A DNA stretch of 64,000 nucleotides from contig DATKCK010000029.1 of the NCBI GenBank assembly GCA_035513215.1, forward strand, positions 1,075 to 65,074, given 5' to 3'. This DNA is from Gammaproteobacteria bacterium. Its GTDB lineage: Bacteria; Pseudomonadota; Gammaproteobacteria; Steroidobacterales; Rariloculaceae. The position numbers and the translations under genes are program-made. Each line of letters opens with the position of its first letter. Position 1 is the first letter of the stretch. The notes under the pieces are model-generated. The model saw only the letters and a program-made list of their open reading frames with translations, was not told where the DNA came from and did not search any database. Positions 1-9,870 of the stretch are shown here, piece after piece.

Positions 1-305
1 GCCCGGTCGAGGTCGAAGCCGTACGCAAGATCATCCACTCGGCTACCGGCGAGGAAGTCAGCGCCGCCGACGTGCGCGTGGCGGCGGCATCGGAGCTTTA
101 CGAAAAGGCCTCGCTGGACGACTATCTTCACGCGATCGGGCGCAAGCTCGGATCGCGCGAGCGCGCAACCCTCGTTCGGAGCCTTGCCGAGGTCGTCAAG
201 AGCGACCGGCGCATCTCTCCCAAGGAGGTGGATTTCTTCAACTGGGTCGTGTCCGCGCTGCGCGCGACGCCGGCAGAGATTGCGGGCTTGCTCGAGGACG
301 CGTGA
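1..305 (+). CDS. TerB-like (tellurite-resistance/DjlA N-domain-like) protein, 5'-truncated by window edge
   Basis: The frame of ORF 72..305 is open back to the window start (PVEVEAVRKIIHSATGEEVSAADV...). The helical pattern with ...KSDRRISPKEVDFFNWV... resembles the TerB family from memory. Confidence 0.4.
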   Translation, partial: PVEVEAVRKIIHSATGEEVSAADVRVAAASELYEKASLDDYLHAIGRKLGSRERATLVRSLAEVVKSDRRISPKEVDFFNWVVSALRATPAEIAGLLEDA

Positions 306-368
306 GCATCAGCGGCGGCGGCTGTTAGGCTTGCTGCCGATTCCTTGGCAACCGACTGACATCCACCA

Positions 369-674
369 ATGAAGCTCGTCGAGGAACGCGAAGGTGAAGG
401 GCGGCTGACCGTGCGCGGCAAGGCCGTCGGCTCCGTCGGCTATGCGATTCACCGCTTCCAGGCAATGACGTTGGGCGGACTGCCCGTGCCGGGCCTGCAC
501 CGCATCGAGGGCCGGCTCGCGATCGAGAAACTGCCGGGGTCGCTCGAGCTCGACAAGGACATGCGCCTCTCGCTCGAGCTCGAGGACGGGCGACGGCTCG
601 AGCTGATCCTCGTCGATGAGAGCGGCCACGTGCTGGCCGAAGGGCACGGGCCCGGCCACTGCGGTTGCTGCTAG
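369..674 (+). CDS. hypothetical small protein with His/Cys-rich C-terminal tail (GHGPGHCGCC)
   Basis: 101-aa ORF with host-like codon usage. No family recognised. Confidence 0.4.
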   Translation: MKLVEEREGEGRLTVRGKAVGSVGYAIHRFQAMTLGGLPVPGLHRIEGRLAIEKLPGSLELDKDMRLSLELEDGRRLELILVDESGHVLAEGHGPGHCGCC

Positions 675-719
675 CCGGCGCCGATCGCCGGCTGCGCCTT
701 TCGGCGCTAAAGTAGCGTC

Positions 720-1739
720 GTGAACTTCACGGTAATCAAGGAGCCGACGATCATCGTGACGTCGGCCGTCTACGGCATCCTGATCTGGGTCTGCCTTCGC
801 GCCGGAATATTCGCCATCGTGTTCGCGCCCTTGCTGTTCGTTTCGATCTGGCGCTATTGCTACGCCGTGCTGCGCACGGTCGCGCGCGGGCACAGGCGCA
901 TCCCGCCGCCCGACGCCGACAGTTTCAATTTCTTCGGCGAGTGGGCGCTGTTCTGGCACTTCGTCGCGTTTCCGGGCCTCGTTTTCGCGACCATGCCGTA
1001 TCAGCCGCTCGGCACCATCGCAGCGGCGCTCGTTGCCGTCACCTTCCCGGCCTCGGCGGCGATGATCGGCGTGTCCGCGAGCCTGGCCCAGGCGTTCAAT
1101 CCTTCGGCCCTGATCGCGTTCGCGCGCGCGCTTCGCGGCGACTACTGGGCACTCGTGCTGGGCTTCGTCGCGATCATCGCCGGCGCCGTGCTGATAGAGA
1201 GCTACGTCGTGCCGAGACTGGGCATTTTCTCGACGATCATCGGCCTGATGATCATGGTCTGGGCGCTGCTCGCATCCTTTGCGCTGATCGGCTCCGCGTT
1301 GCGCGCCCATCGTCTCGAGTTCGAGATCACGGGCGAGCTGAAGCCGCGCGAGGAACAAGCGCTCGAGCTGCGGCACGAGGAATGGCGCAAGACGCTCGAT
1401 ATCGCCTACGCCTCGTTCCGAAGCGGGCTGTTCAGCGCGGGATACAAGACGCTGCATCAACTCGTCGACGCCAACGGCGACAGCATCGAGGTCAACTACT
1501 GGCTCGTCGAGAACATGCTCGAATGGGAGGAGAAGAAGTACGCGTTCGAGGTCGCGGCGAAGCTCATGCCGCGCTTGCTCGCGCGCGGTGACGCGGCCGA
1601 CGCGCTCGAGCTCTATCGGCGCTGCCGCCGGCGCGATCCCGAGTTCCGCCCGGCGAAGGCCGAAGCGGAGCGCCTGGCCGAGTATGCGCGGGCGTTCGGT
1701 CACGCCGGGCTCGCCGACGAGCTGAGCTATAATTCCTAG
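720..1739 (+). CDS. hypothetical multi-pass membrane protein with helical soluble C-terminal domain
   Basis: 339-aa ORF with a GTG start. The N-terminal two-thirds has several hydrophobic helices; the C-terminal ~120 aa is helical-repeat-like. The antisense ORF 309..1835 is Arg/Gly-rich junk. Confidence 0.55.
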   Translation: MNFTVIKEPTIIVTSAVYGILIWVCLRAGIFAIVFAPLLFVSIWRYCYAVLRTVARGHRRIPPPDADSFNFFGEWALFWHFVAFPGLVFATMPYQPLGTIAAALVAVTFPASAAMIGVSASLAQAFNPSALIAFARALRGDYWALVLGFVAIIAGAVLIESYVVPRLGIFSTIIGLMIMVWALLASFALIGSALRAHRLEFEITGELKPREEQALELRHEEWRKTLDIAYASFRSGLFSAGYKTLHQLVDANGDSIEVNYWLVENMLEWEEKKYAFEVAAKLMPRLLARGDAADALELYRRCRRRDPEFRPAKAEAERLAEYARAFGHAGLADELSYNS

Positions 1740-1767
1740 CTCACTCTCAAAGAACAGGATCGAAGCC

Positions 1768-3156
1768 ATGAGCACGGCGGAACGCGCAGTCATCGACGAC
1801 TCCGAGATCAAAACGCTGGTCGCACGGGCGCGCACGGCCCAGGCGATCTACGAGAAATTTTCCCAGGAGCAGGTCGACGCGATCTGCCGCGATATGGCCA
1901 AATTCGTCTACGACAACGCCGAGAAGCTCGCGCGCATGGCTGTCGACGAGACGGGGATCGGCGTCTACGAGGACAAGATCCTCAAGAAGAAGGGCAAGGC
2001 GCGCGTAATCTGGAACAACCTCAAGGACAAGAAGTCCCGTGGCGTCATTGGGGAGGACCCGGAAACGGGGCTGACGCTGGTTGCCAAGCCCATGGGTGTG
2101 GTCGGCGCCGTGACTCCGGTAACGAACCCCGTCGTGACGCCGATGTGCAACGGCATGTTCGCGCTCAAGGCCGGCAACGCCGTAATCTTCGCCGCGCATC
2201 CGAAGGCTCAGAAGTGCACGGAATACCTGACGAACGAGTTCATGAAGATCGTCAGGAAGCACGGCGGTCCGGACAATCTGATTCAGTGCGTCACCAACGG
2301 GTCGATCGACAAGACCAAGGAGCTGATGGCGTCGGTCGATGTCGTCGTAGCCACGGGCGGCCCGGCGATGGTCAAGTCGGCCTACTCGTCCGGCAAGCCG
2401 TCGTACGGCGTCGGCGCGGGCAACGTCCCGGTCATCATCGACCGCGGTGTGGATCTCAAGGCCGCCGTCGACAAGATCGTGACCGGTGCAAGCTTCGATA
2501 ACGGCATCATCTGCTCGCACGAGCAGTTCGTGCTCGCACCGGAGGACAGCTACGAGGAGACCGTCCGGCTGTTCGGCGAGACGGGCAAGGTCTGGTTCAC
2601 CGACGATCCGGGCGAAGTGCAGAAGATCCGCCAGACCGTATTTCCGGATGGTCAGCTCAACAAGGATGTCGTCGGCAAGTCGCCGCGCGAGGTTGGCAGA
2701 ATGGCGGGTATAGACGTTCCCGAATCGGCGCGACTGATTCTCGTGCCGGCCGAAGGCGCAGGCTCCGACGACCTGCTCGCCAAGGAAAAGCTCTGCCCGG
2801 TCATCGCGATCCTGCCCTACAAGGAGTTCGCCGAGGCCGTTCAGAAGGCGAAGGCGAATCTGCTCGTCGAAGGCGCCGGTCACTCGGCGGCGCTGCATTC
2901 CAACGACGACGAGCACATTCGCAGCGCCGGCCTCGAGCTTCCGATAAGCCGCCTCGTCATCAACCAGCCGAGCTCGCTGACCGCGGGCGGCTCGCTGACG
3001 AACGGTTTCGCGCCGACCACGACGCTCGGCTGCGGGTCCTGGGGCGGCAACTCGATCTCGGAGAACCTCGACTACAAGCACCTCATGAACGTCTCTCGCA
3101 TCGGGCGGGTCATCGAGGGCAAGCCAGTTCCGACCGACGAGGAGATCTTCTCCTGA
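1768..3156 (+). CDS. CoA-acylating aldehyde dehydrogenase (EutE/PduP/SucD-like)
   Basis: 462 aa. Aldehyde dehydrogenase fold with ...GGPAMVKSAYSSGKPSYGVGAGN... and catalytic-Cys context FDNGIICSHEQ, typical of acylating ALDHs. It sits beside a 2-oxoacid dehydrogenase operon. Confidence 0.8.
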   Translation: MSTAERAVIDDSEIKTLVARARTAQAIYEKFSQEQVDAICRDMAKFVYDNAEKLARMAVDETGIGVYEDKILKKKGKARVIWNNLKDKKSRGVIGEDPETGLTLVAKPMGVVGAVTPVTNPVVTPMCNGMFALKAGNAVIFAAHPKAQKCTEYLTNEFMKIVRKHGGPDNLIQCVTNGSIDKTKELMASVDVVVATGGPAMVKSAYSSGKPSYGVGAGNVPVIIDRGVDLKAAVDKIVTGASFDNGIICSHEQFVLAPEDSYEETVRLFGETGKVWFTDDPGEVQKIRQTVFPDGQLNKDVVGKSPREVGRMAGIDVPESARLILVPAEGAGSDDLLAKEKLCPVIAILPYKEFAEAVQKAKANLLVEGAGHSAALHSNDDEHIRSAGLELPISRLVINQPSSLTAGGSLTNGFAPTTTLGCGSWGGNSISENLDYKHLMNVSRIGRVIEGKPVPTDEEIFS

Positions 3157-3202
3157 GGCGGCTCTCTTCCTACAACATCAACTAAACGGGGAGTATCCGG
3201 CT

Positions 3203-3442
3203 ATGGAGTTTCGCGACTTGTTGTATTTCGACCAGATGATCGTTCCAAGGATCATCACGTTTCTTTACTGGCTCTTGCTCGTTCTCGTGGTGCTCGGTGG
3301 AGTCGGCGTCATGTTCACGCAGAGCTTTTTCTCGGGGCTCATCGGGATTCTGGTGGGCGCGCTATTGGTTCGCGTCTGGTGCGAGCTTCTGATCGTGATG
3401 TTCAAGATTCACGAGTCGCTGCAGGTCATCAAAGAGAAATGA
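3203..3442 (+). CDS. DUF4282-family small membrane protein
   Basis: 79 aa with two TM helices. The motif ...VRVWCELLIVMFKIHESLQ... matches the remembered DUF4282 pattern. A GGGGAG RBS lies upstream. Confidence 0.7.
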   Translation: MEFRDLLYFDQMIVPRIITFLYWLLLVLVVLGGVGVMFTQSFFSGLIGILVGALLVRVWCELLIVMFKIHESLQVIKEK

Positions 3443-3452
3443 CCCCATTTCG

Positions 3453-4796
3453 CTAGATTTCGCGGAACCAGTCGGTCAGCTCGAGGAGCTTGCGCAGCCG
3501 GTCGAGATAGGCGGCGGAATACGCGCCGTCGATGGCGCGATGATCGAAGGACTGCGCCAGGATGCCGACGGGACGGATCGCGATCGAATCTCCGTCTGGT
3601 CGCTCGATCACGACGGGCCTCTTGCGGACGCCGTCGATCGAAAGGATCGCGACCTGCGGCTGGTTGATGACCGGTGCCGTGATCAGTGTGCCGAAAGTGC
3701 CGGAGTTCGAGAGCGTGTAGGTGCCGCCCGAGAGGTCGTCGGCCTTGAGCTTGTTCGAGCGTGCGCGGCCCGCCACGTCGACGATGGCCTCGGCGAGCTG
3801 CGCCAGGCTCAGGCGGTCGGCACGGCGAATGACCGGTGCGACGAGCCCGTCGGGTCCGAGGTCGACGGCGATCGCGAGGTTGACGTCGTCGTGCAGGATC
3901 AGCTCGTCGTCGCCGACGCTCGCGTTCGCATTCGGGAACTCCTTCAGCGCGGTGCAGACCGCATGCGCGATGAAGGGCAGGTAGGTCAGCGCATAGCCGT
4001 GCTGCGCCTTCCACGACTCCTTCACCGCTGAGCGAACGCGGTCGACGCCGGAGAAATCGACTTCGACGGCCTGTAGTACGTGCGGGCTCGTCGCCTTCGA
4101 CTTGACCATGTGATCGGCCGTGAGCTTGCGGATGCGGTTGAACGGGACGCGGCCCGATGCTGGGGCGGCGGCCCGAGGCCTTGCTGAAGGCGCTGGCTCT
4201 TGGCGTGCCTCGGGCGCCGCAGGCGTCGGCGCAGCGGCCGGTGCGGCCGGTGCGCGTGCGTCCGGCGGCGCCGCTGCCGCGCTGCCCGACTCGATGAACT
4301 CGACGACGTTGCGCCGCGTCACGCGGCCGTTTCGTCCCGTGCCGGGGACGGCTCCGATGTCGATTTCGTGCTCGGCCACGAGCCTGCGCACGGCCGGCGA
4401 AAGCTTCTGGCTCGTCGCGGCCTTCGGAACGCGTACCGTCGTCACGGTTGGCGCGTCGCGCGGCGCGGCGGGCGGCTCCGCGCGCGACGCGGGCGGCTCA
4501 GCGGGATCGGGCTTGCCGGCGGCTTCGGATTTCCCTCCGGGTGCCGGGTCGGCAACGGCCTCGCCCTCGCCCTGAATGATGCCGAGCACCGTGCCGACCT
4601 CGACCGTCTCGCCGGCCGGTACGAGAATCTTCGACAGCGTGCCGGCTTTCGGTACCGGGATTTCCATCGAGACCTTGTCGGTCTCGACATCGAGCAGGAT
4701 CTCGTCGACTTCGACCTTGTCGCCCTCCTGCTTGTGCCAGGTTGCCACCGTGCCTTCGGCCACGGTCTCGCCGAGTTGCGGCATCAATACGTCCAT
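3453..4796 (-). CDS. dihydrolipoamide acyltransferase (E2) of a 2-oxoacid/acetoin dehydrogenase complex
   Basis: 447 aa. N-terminal lipoyl domain (LLDVETDKVSMEIP), Ala/Pro linker, E3/E1-binding domain (SPAVRRLVAEHEIDI), and catalytic domain with DHRAIDG. Confidence 0.9.
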   Translation of the reverse strand: MDVLMPQLGETVAEGTVATWHKQEGDKVEVDEILLDVETDKVSMEIPVPKAGTLSKILVPAGETVEVGTVLGIIQGEGEAVADPAPGGKSEAAGKPDPAEPPASRAEPPAAPRDAPTVTTVRVPKAATSQKLSPAVRRLVAEHEIDIGAVPGTGRNGRVTRRNVVEFIESGSAAAAPPDARAPAAPAAAPTPAAPEARQEPAPSARPRAAAPASGRVPFNRIRKLTADHMVKSKATSPHVLQAVEVDFSGVDRVRSAVKESWKAQHGYALTYLPFIAHAVCTALKEFPNANASVGDDELILHDDVNLAIAVDLGPDGLVAPVIRRADRLSLAQLAEAIVDVAGRARSNKLKADDLSGGTYTLSNSGTFGTLITAPVINQPQVAILSIDGVRKRPVVIERPDGDSIAIRPVGILAQSFDHRAIDGAYSAAYLDRLRKLLELTDWFREI

Positions 4797-4816
4797 GGGC
4801 CTTCGCTCTCCCGTCC

Positions 4817-5794
4817 CTAGTCGACGAGACGCCTGACGGCGTCGACGATTTTCGCGGCGTTCGGAATCTGCGTGTCCTCGAGATTACCTGCGGCCGCGAG
4901 CGGAACGTGCGGCGTCGTGACGCGCACAATCGGCCCGTCGAGGCTCCAGAAGAGCTCATCCGCGACGATCGATGCAATCTCGGCGCCCCAGCCGCAAAGT
5001 CTCGGGTTTTCCTCGACCGTCACGAGCCGGCCCGTCTTCTCGATCTCCTTCAGGATAGTCTGCGTGTCGAGCGGCACGAGCGAGCGAACGTCGATGACGG
5101 TCGCCGAGATGCCGTGCTCCTTCTCGAGCGTCTCGGCCGCCTTCATTGCGCGCGGCACCATCAGTGCGAGCGCGCAGATTGTGACGTCCGAGCCCGAGCG
5201 AAGCACCGCGGCCTCGCCGAGCGGGACGAGATGCTCGCCTTCGGGCACATCGCCCTTCGTCGCATAGAGGGATTTAGACTCGAAGAAGAGCACGGGATCC
5301 GGGTCGCGAATCGCGGCCGCGAGCATGCCCTTGACGTCGGCCGGCGACGCGGGCGCGACGACCTTGAGGCCGGGAACGGCCATCGCCCAGTTCTCGACGG
5401 CCTGGGAATGCTGCGCGCCGAAACGCGCGCCGCCGCCGTTGCCGGACTTGATCACGAGCGGCAGCTCGACCTGGCCGTCCGTCATGTATCGGGTTTTCGC
5501 GATCTCGTTGGCGACGAAATCCCAGCAGACGGCGAAGAAGTCGGAGAACATGATCTCGGCCACGGGCCTCAAGCCGGTCATCGCCGCGCCCATCGTGGCG
5601 CCGAGGATGGCCTGCTCCGAAATCGGTGTGTCGCGCACTCGCTCGGGACCGAACTCCTCGAGCAGCCCGACCGTCGTCTTGAAGACGCCGCCTGCCGCGG
5701 CGACGTCCTCGCCGAGAAAGACGACGCTCTGATCGCGGCGCATCTCCTGAGCGAGGCCGGCCGCGATGGCGTCGCGGTAGGTCAGTTCCGCCAT
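4817..5794 (-). CDS. 2-oxoacid (acetoin/pyruvate-type) dehydrogenase E1 beta subunit
   Basis: Start trimmed inside the 632-aa ORF to MAELTYRDAIAAGLAQEM... (ATG at 5794). Transketolase-like pyrimidine-binding and C-terminal domains. 325 aa. Confidence 0.9.
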   Translation of the reverse strand: MAELTYRDAIAAGLAQEMRRDQSVVFLGEDVAAAGGVFKTTVGLLEEFGPERVRDTPISEQAILGATMGAAMTGLRPVAEIMFSDFFAVCWDFVANEIAKTRYMTDGQVELPLVIKSGNGGGARFGAQHSQAVENWAMAVPGLKVVAPASPADVKGMLAAAIRDPDPVLFFESKSLYATKGDVPEGEHLVPLGEAAVLRSGSDVTICALALMVPRAMKAAETLEKEHGISATVIDVRSLVPLDTQTILKEIEKTGRLVTVEENPRLCGWGAEIASIVADELFWSLDGPIVRVTTPHVPLAAAGNLEDTQIPNAAKIVDAVRRLVD

Positions 5795-6810
5795 GCGGAG
5801 CCTCCGTCGGCCCAGACATCCTTGTCGGCGAGCGAGACGTCGGGCGGCGGCGCGGATTTCGCCTCTTCCGTGGCCTGGTCGATCATCGCGTTGCTTTCCT
5901 CTTCGATCTTTTCGATTTCGGCTGCCGGGATACCGACTTTGAGCAGCCGCTCGCGGTAGACCGGGATCGGATCCTTCGCGAGCCAGGCTTTGACTTCCTC
6001 GTCGGGCCGATACTTGCCGGGGTCGGCGCGCGAGTGCCCGCCATGCCGGTAGGTCTTGGCCTCGATCAGGCTCGGGCCGCCGCCGCGCCGGGCCACGTCG
6101 AGCGCCCGCACAGCCGTCTTGTAGACGACGTCGATGTCGTTGCCGTCGATCAGCACGGACTCGAGGCCATAGGCGCTCGCGCGGTCGGCCGCGGGATGCT
6201 CGACGGCCGTCACGTCGTGAATCGACGTGTACTCCATGTACAGGTTGTTCTCGCAGACGAAGACGACGGGCAGTTTCCAGATGACGGCAAAATTGAGCGC
6301 CTCGTGAAACGCGCCGATGTTCGTCGTGCCGTCGCCGAAGAAGCAGACGGCGACCTGCTCGGTGCCGCGGTACTGCGCCGACCAGGCCGCGCCGTTGGCA
6401 ATGCAAAGATGGGCGCCGACGATCGCGTACGAGCCCATCGCGCCATGCTTGACGCTCGTCAGATGCATCGAGCCGCCCTTGCCGCGCATGAGGCCGGCCG
6501 TCGTGCCCATCAGCTCCCCGAGGATCTGCGCCATTGCGACGCCACGGACATAGGTGTGGTTGTGGCCTCGGTAGGTGCAGAAGGTGTAGTCGTCCGGCCG
6601 CATCGCGATGCCGAAGCCGGCGGCGACGGCCTCCTGACCGAGCGCGAGGTGACTCGTGCCCTTGATCAGGTTCTGCATGAAAAGGTCGTAGGCGCGCTTC
6701 TCGAGCACGCGACATTCATACATCTTTCGATAGAGCCTGAGTCTAAGCTCAGGAGTCAGCGATCCCTGCGGCTGCAATCCGGCCAGGGGCTGCGTCGAGG
6801 AAGTATCCAC
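5782..6810 (-). CDS. 2-oxoacid (acetoin/pyruvate-type) dehydrogenase E1 alpha subunit (TPP-binding)
   Basis: Start trimmed to the GTG at 6810, with an AGGAA about 11 nt upstream, because the upstream M24 gene stops at 6825. TPP motif GDGTTNIGAFHEALNFA...VCENN. Overlaps E1 beta by 13 nt. Confidence 0.85.
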   Translation of the reverse strand: MDTSSTQPLAGLQPQGSLTPELRLRLYRKMYECRVLEKRAYDLFMQNLIKGTSHLALGQEAVAAGFGIAMRPDDYTFCTYRGHNHTYVRGVAMAQILGELMGTTAGLMRGKGGSMHLTSVKHGAMGSYAIVGAHLCIANGAAWSAQYRGTEQVAVCFFGDGTTNIGAFHEALNFAVIWKLPVVFVCENNLYMEYTSIHDVTAVEHPAADRASAYGLESVLIDGNDIDVVYKTAVRALDVARRGGGPSLIEAKTYRHGGHSRADPGKYRPDEEVKAWLAKDPIPVYRERLLKVGIPAAEIEKIEEESNAMIDQATEEAKSAPPPDVSLADKDVWADGGSAWRN

Positions 6811-6824
6811 GGTATTTGTTGTTC

Positions 6825-8126
6825 CTAGTATTCGTTGGCGATCGGCAGGTCCTCGGCCGGGAACAGCGTGATGACCTCGCAACCTTTGTCCGTCACGACG
6901 ACCTCTTCCTCGATGCGCGCCGCCGAGCGGCCATCCTTCGCTGGGCAGTAGGTCTCGAGCGCAAACACCATGCCTTCCTTGATCTCGAGCGGATTCTCCA
7001 TCGAGACGAGGCGGCTGATGATCGGGCGTTCGTGCAGCGCGACGCCGAGACCGTGCCCGAACTGGAGCCCAAAGCACTCCATCTCGCTCGAGAAGCCGAG
7101 CTCCTCGGCTTTCGGCCAGACGGCCGCGACCTTGTCGGTCGAGACGCCCGGCTTGACCAGATTGATCGACGCGTCGATCCACTCACGCGCCTTCTTGTAG
7201 GCATCCCTCTGCGCGTCGTTGGCTCGGCCGACGTTGATCGTGCGGTAGTAGCAGGTGCGATAACCCATGTAAGCCTGGATGACATCGAAGAAGGCCTGGT
7301 CGCCCGGGCGCACCATGCGGTCCGTGAAGTTGTGCGGATGCGGGCTGCAGCGCTCGCCGGCGACGGCATTGATGGCCTCGACGTCGTCGGCGCCGAACTC
7401 GAACAGCATCTTCGTGGCCTCGGCCACGATCTCGTTCTCGCGCACGCCGGGCTTCAGCTTCTCATAGATCATGTGGTAGACGGCGTCGACCATCGATGCC
7501 GCGACGTTGAGCAGCATGATCTCGTCCTGGTTCTTGATCTCGCGAGCGTCGAGCATGACCTGCTGGCCGTCGCGGACGTCGACGCCGAGCTTCTCGAACT
7601 CGCGCAAAAGCGGCGGCTCGACGATGTCGATGCCTAGCGGCTGATCGGCAACGCCGTTCTCCTTGAGGATCGCGAGGATCTCCTTCGCGAAATCGCGCAT
7701 CAGGCCCGAATCGGGCGGCACGGCGCCGCGGAGCCCGAGCATGACGGCATGACACTGCTTGGGATCGAGCCAGGGCGCGTGCAGGCGGTGATGGGCCGCC
7801 GCGGAGCCGAAATCCCACTGGTGCGGCGAGGCGTCGCCGGCCAGAAGCGATGAGCGGCACATCTTGTCGCGCGACCACTCGCCGATACTCGTGCTCGTCA
7901 TGTAGCGGATGTTGTTGGCGTCGAAGCAGAGCACGGCGCCGAGCTCTGAGTTCCTGAGCGCCTGCCGGGTGCGGGCCAGGCGATAGCGGTGCAGGCGTTG
8001 GAAGTTGATCCGCTCCTCGAAGTCGACGGCCATGACGCCTGGCGCGGCGAGAGCCTTCTTCCAGTTGTGGCCGGGGTCGATGTCTGCCTCGCTGATGATT
8101 CTCGGTTCGGATAGCTGTGCGACCAT
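6825..8126 (-). CDS. M24-family metallopeptidase/creatinase-like hydrolase (Xaa-Pro dipeptidase fold)
   Basis: Start at MVAQLSEPR (ATG 8126) preceded by AGGAGAAG. Creatinase-type N-domain plus pita-bread domain (...HGLGVALHERP..., ...EEEVVVTDKG...). Confidence 0.8.
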   Translation of the reverse strand: MVAQLSEPRIISEADIDPGHNWKKALAAPGVMAVDFEERINFQRLHRYRLARTRQALRNSELGAVLCFDANNIRYMTSTSIGEWSRDKMCRSSLLAGDASPHQWDFGSAAAHHRLHAPWLDPKQCHAVMLGLRGAVPPDSGLMRDFAKEILAILKENGVADQPLGIDIVEPPLLREFEKLGVDVRDGQQVMLDAREIKNQDEIMLLNVAASMVDAVYHMIYEKLKPGVRENEIVAEATKMLFEFGADDVEAINAVAGERCSPHPHNFTDRMVRPGDQAFFDVIQAYMGYRTCYYRTINVGRANDAQRDAYKKAREWIDASINLVKPGVSTDKVAAVWPKAEELGFSSEMECFGLQFGHGLGVALHERPIISRLVSMENPLEIKEGMVFALETYCPAKDGRSAARIEEEVVVTDKGCEVITLFPAEDLPIANEY

Positions 8127-8280
8127 TTGACTTCTCCTGAGGATCCTTCCAGCTCGCGCACCGCGACGGACCCTCAATTCTAGCCCAGTCGGCCGGGATT
8201 CTCACACTTGCGCCCCCGGCGCGGCCTGCGCGGCCCGGCGATATACTCGGCTTCGTCGGGTCGAGGAGAATCGGTCGAAA

Positions 8281-9285
8281 GTGCAGACTCGCGCGCGTTT
8301 CCTCCGGGCTTTGTCCTTGTTGCTCGTGCTCGCCGCCGGCTGCGGCGACGATACGGCTTCGCGCGTCTATGTGATCAAGTTTCCGCATGTGACGGCGCCC
8401 GCGACGCCGAAGGGCCAGACCGCCGAGCGCTTCAAGGCGCTCGCCGAGGCACGGTTTCCGGGCCGCGTCCGCGTCGAGGTCTACCCGTCCGGCCAGCTCA
8501 TGGAAGGCCGCGATGCCATTGAGGCGCTGGCTTTCGGCGAGATCCAGCTCATTGCCGAGACGCTTTCGATCTTCAATCGGCATACCGGCCGGTTCGAGAT
8601 CTTCGACCTGCCGTTTCTGTTCCCGAATCTCGCGGCGGTCGAGCGCTTCCAGCGAAGCGAAGAGGGACAGGCGCTGCTCGACTCGCTGTCGGGCAAGGGA
8701 ATTCAGGGCCTGACCTTCTGGCACAACGGCATGAAGCACTTCAGCGGCCCCGTTCCGCTGCGCCTGCCCGAGGACGCCTCGGGCCTGAAGTTCCGGATCA
8801 TGGAATCGGACGTGCTCCAGGCGCAGGTCGAGGCCGTCGGCGGCAGCCCGCAGAAGATGGCGTATGGCGAGGTCTATCAGGCGCTTCAGACCGGAACCGT
8901 CGACGCCCAGGAAAACACCTGGTCGAATATCTACTCGTCGAAGTTCTATGAGGTGCAGCCGTTCATCAGCGAAAGCAACCATGGCTATCTCGGATACTTC
9001 GTGGCAACGAACACGGAGTTCTGGACCTCGCTGCCCGACGACATCCGCATCGGTCTCGAGGAGATCCTCGAGGAGGTCACCGGCTGGGGCAACGCGCGCG
9101 CCGGCGAGATCAACGCCGAGGCGCGGCAGGCCGTCATCGACTCGGGAAGAAGCGAGGTCGTCGATCTCGATGCGGCGGAGCTCGCCGCCTGGCGCGCCGC
9201 GATGGCGCCCGTCTGGGACCAGTTCAGGGACGTCATCGGAGCCGACCTCATCGATGCGGCGCGATCGATCACCGAATCGGAATGA
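8281..9285 (+). CDS. dctP: TRAP transporter substrate-binding protein, DctP family (lipoprotein signal LAAGC)
   Basis: 334 aa. DctP-like motifs (…FDLPFLF…, …FWHNGMKHF…). Followed by the Q and M subunits. Confidence 0.85.
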   Translation: MQTRARFLRALSLLLVLAAGCGDDTASRVYVIKFPHVTAPATPKGQTAERFKALAEARFPGRVRVEVYPSGQLMEGRDAIEALAFGEIQLIAETLSIFNRHTGRFEIFDLPFLFPNLAAVERFQRSEEGQALLDSLSGKGIQGLTFWHNGMKHFSGPVPLRLPEDASGLKFRIMESDVLQAQVEAVGGSPQKMAYGEVYQALQTGTVDAQENTWSNIYSSKFYEVQPFISESNHGYLGYFVATNTEFWTSLPDDIRIGLEEILEEVTGWGNARAGEINAEARQAVIDSGRSEVVDLDAAELAAWRAAMAPVWDQFRDVIGADLIDAARSITESE

Positions 9286-9309
9286 CGGATCGACGATGAC
9301 CGGGCCGCG

Positions 9310-9870
9310 ATGACGCCGCTCAAGCGCGCTTCGGCGTGGCTCGACCGGGCCGAAGAGGTCTTCGCCGCGCTGGCCCTCGGTCTCATGACCGCGCTGACCT
9401 TCGTCCAGGTCATCCTGCGTTACCTCTTCGAGACGGGCTTCGTCTGGTCGCTCGAGGCGACGACTTACACGTTCGGCTGGCTCGTCGTCGTCGGCATGGC
9501 GTACGGTGTTCGCACGCGCGCACACATCGCCACCGATCTTCTGACACGGACGCTGAAGCCCCGCGCCGCGCAGATCGTGGCCTGCATCGCGCTCGCGCTC
9601 TGCCTCGCCTATTGCGCGCTGATGCTCGCGGGAAGCTTCGCCTTCGTCGACGGCCTGATGCGGCTCGGCCATGACGCGCAGGACATTCCGGTGCCGCGCT
9701 GGCTTCTCGCGTCGATACTCCCCGTCGGTTTCGCGCTGCTTGCGCTGCGCTTCGTCCAGGCGGGCTGGCGCCACTTCGCGCCCGCGGCGTCGCCGCGCTC
9801 CGACGGCGGCGTATCTGCCGGGGCCGCGCGGTCGGGTGAAGATGGAAATGCGGCCGGAGGCGGGTCGTGA
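9310..9870 (+). CDS. dctQ: TRAP transporter small permease
   Basis: 186 aa with 4 TM helices, located between dctP and dctM. 4-nt overlap with dctM. Confidence 0.8.
   Translation: MTPLKRASAWLDRAEEVFAALALGLMTALTFVQVILRYLFETGFVWSLEATTYTFGWLVVVGMAYGVRTRAHIATDLLTRTLKPRAAQIVACIALALCLAYCALMLAGSFAFVDGLMRLGHDAQDIPVPRWLLASILPVGFALLALRFVQAGWRHFAPAASPRSDGGVSAGAARSGEDGNAAGGGS

Noticed and set aside
309-1835. Long antisense or off-frame ORFs throughout the window (for example 309..1835-, 1747..3081-, 7462..9774-, 10158..11219-, 18781..20118-, 27737..29692-, 44521..45324-, 48259..49479-, 59790..61202-)
   Set aside because: These are typical high-GC artefacts. Their translations are dominated by Arg, Gly, Ala and Pro with no recognisable motifs. 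Each is fully shadowed by a well-supported gene on the other strand or frame.
4817-7182. 632-aa and 466-aa ORFs suggesting very long E1 beta and E1 alpha proteins
   Set aside because: The N-terminal extensions are Arg-rich low-complexity sequence overlapping the preceding genes. Starts were trimmed to MAELTYRD (5794) and to the GTG at 6810, which restore normal subunit lengths.
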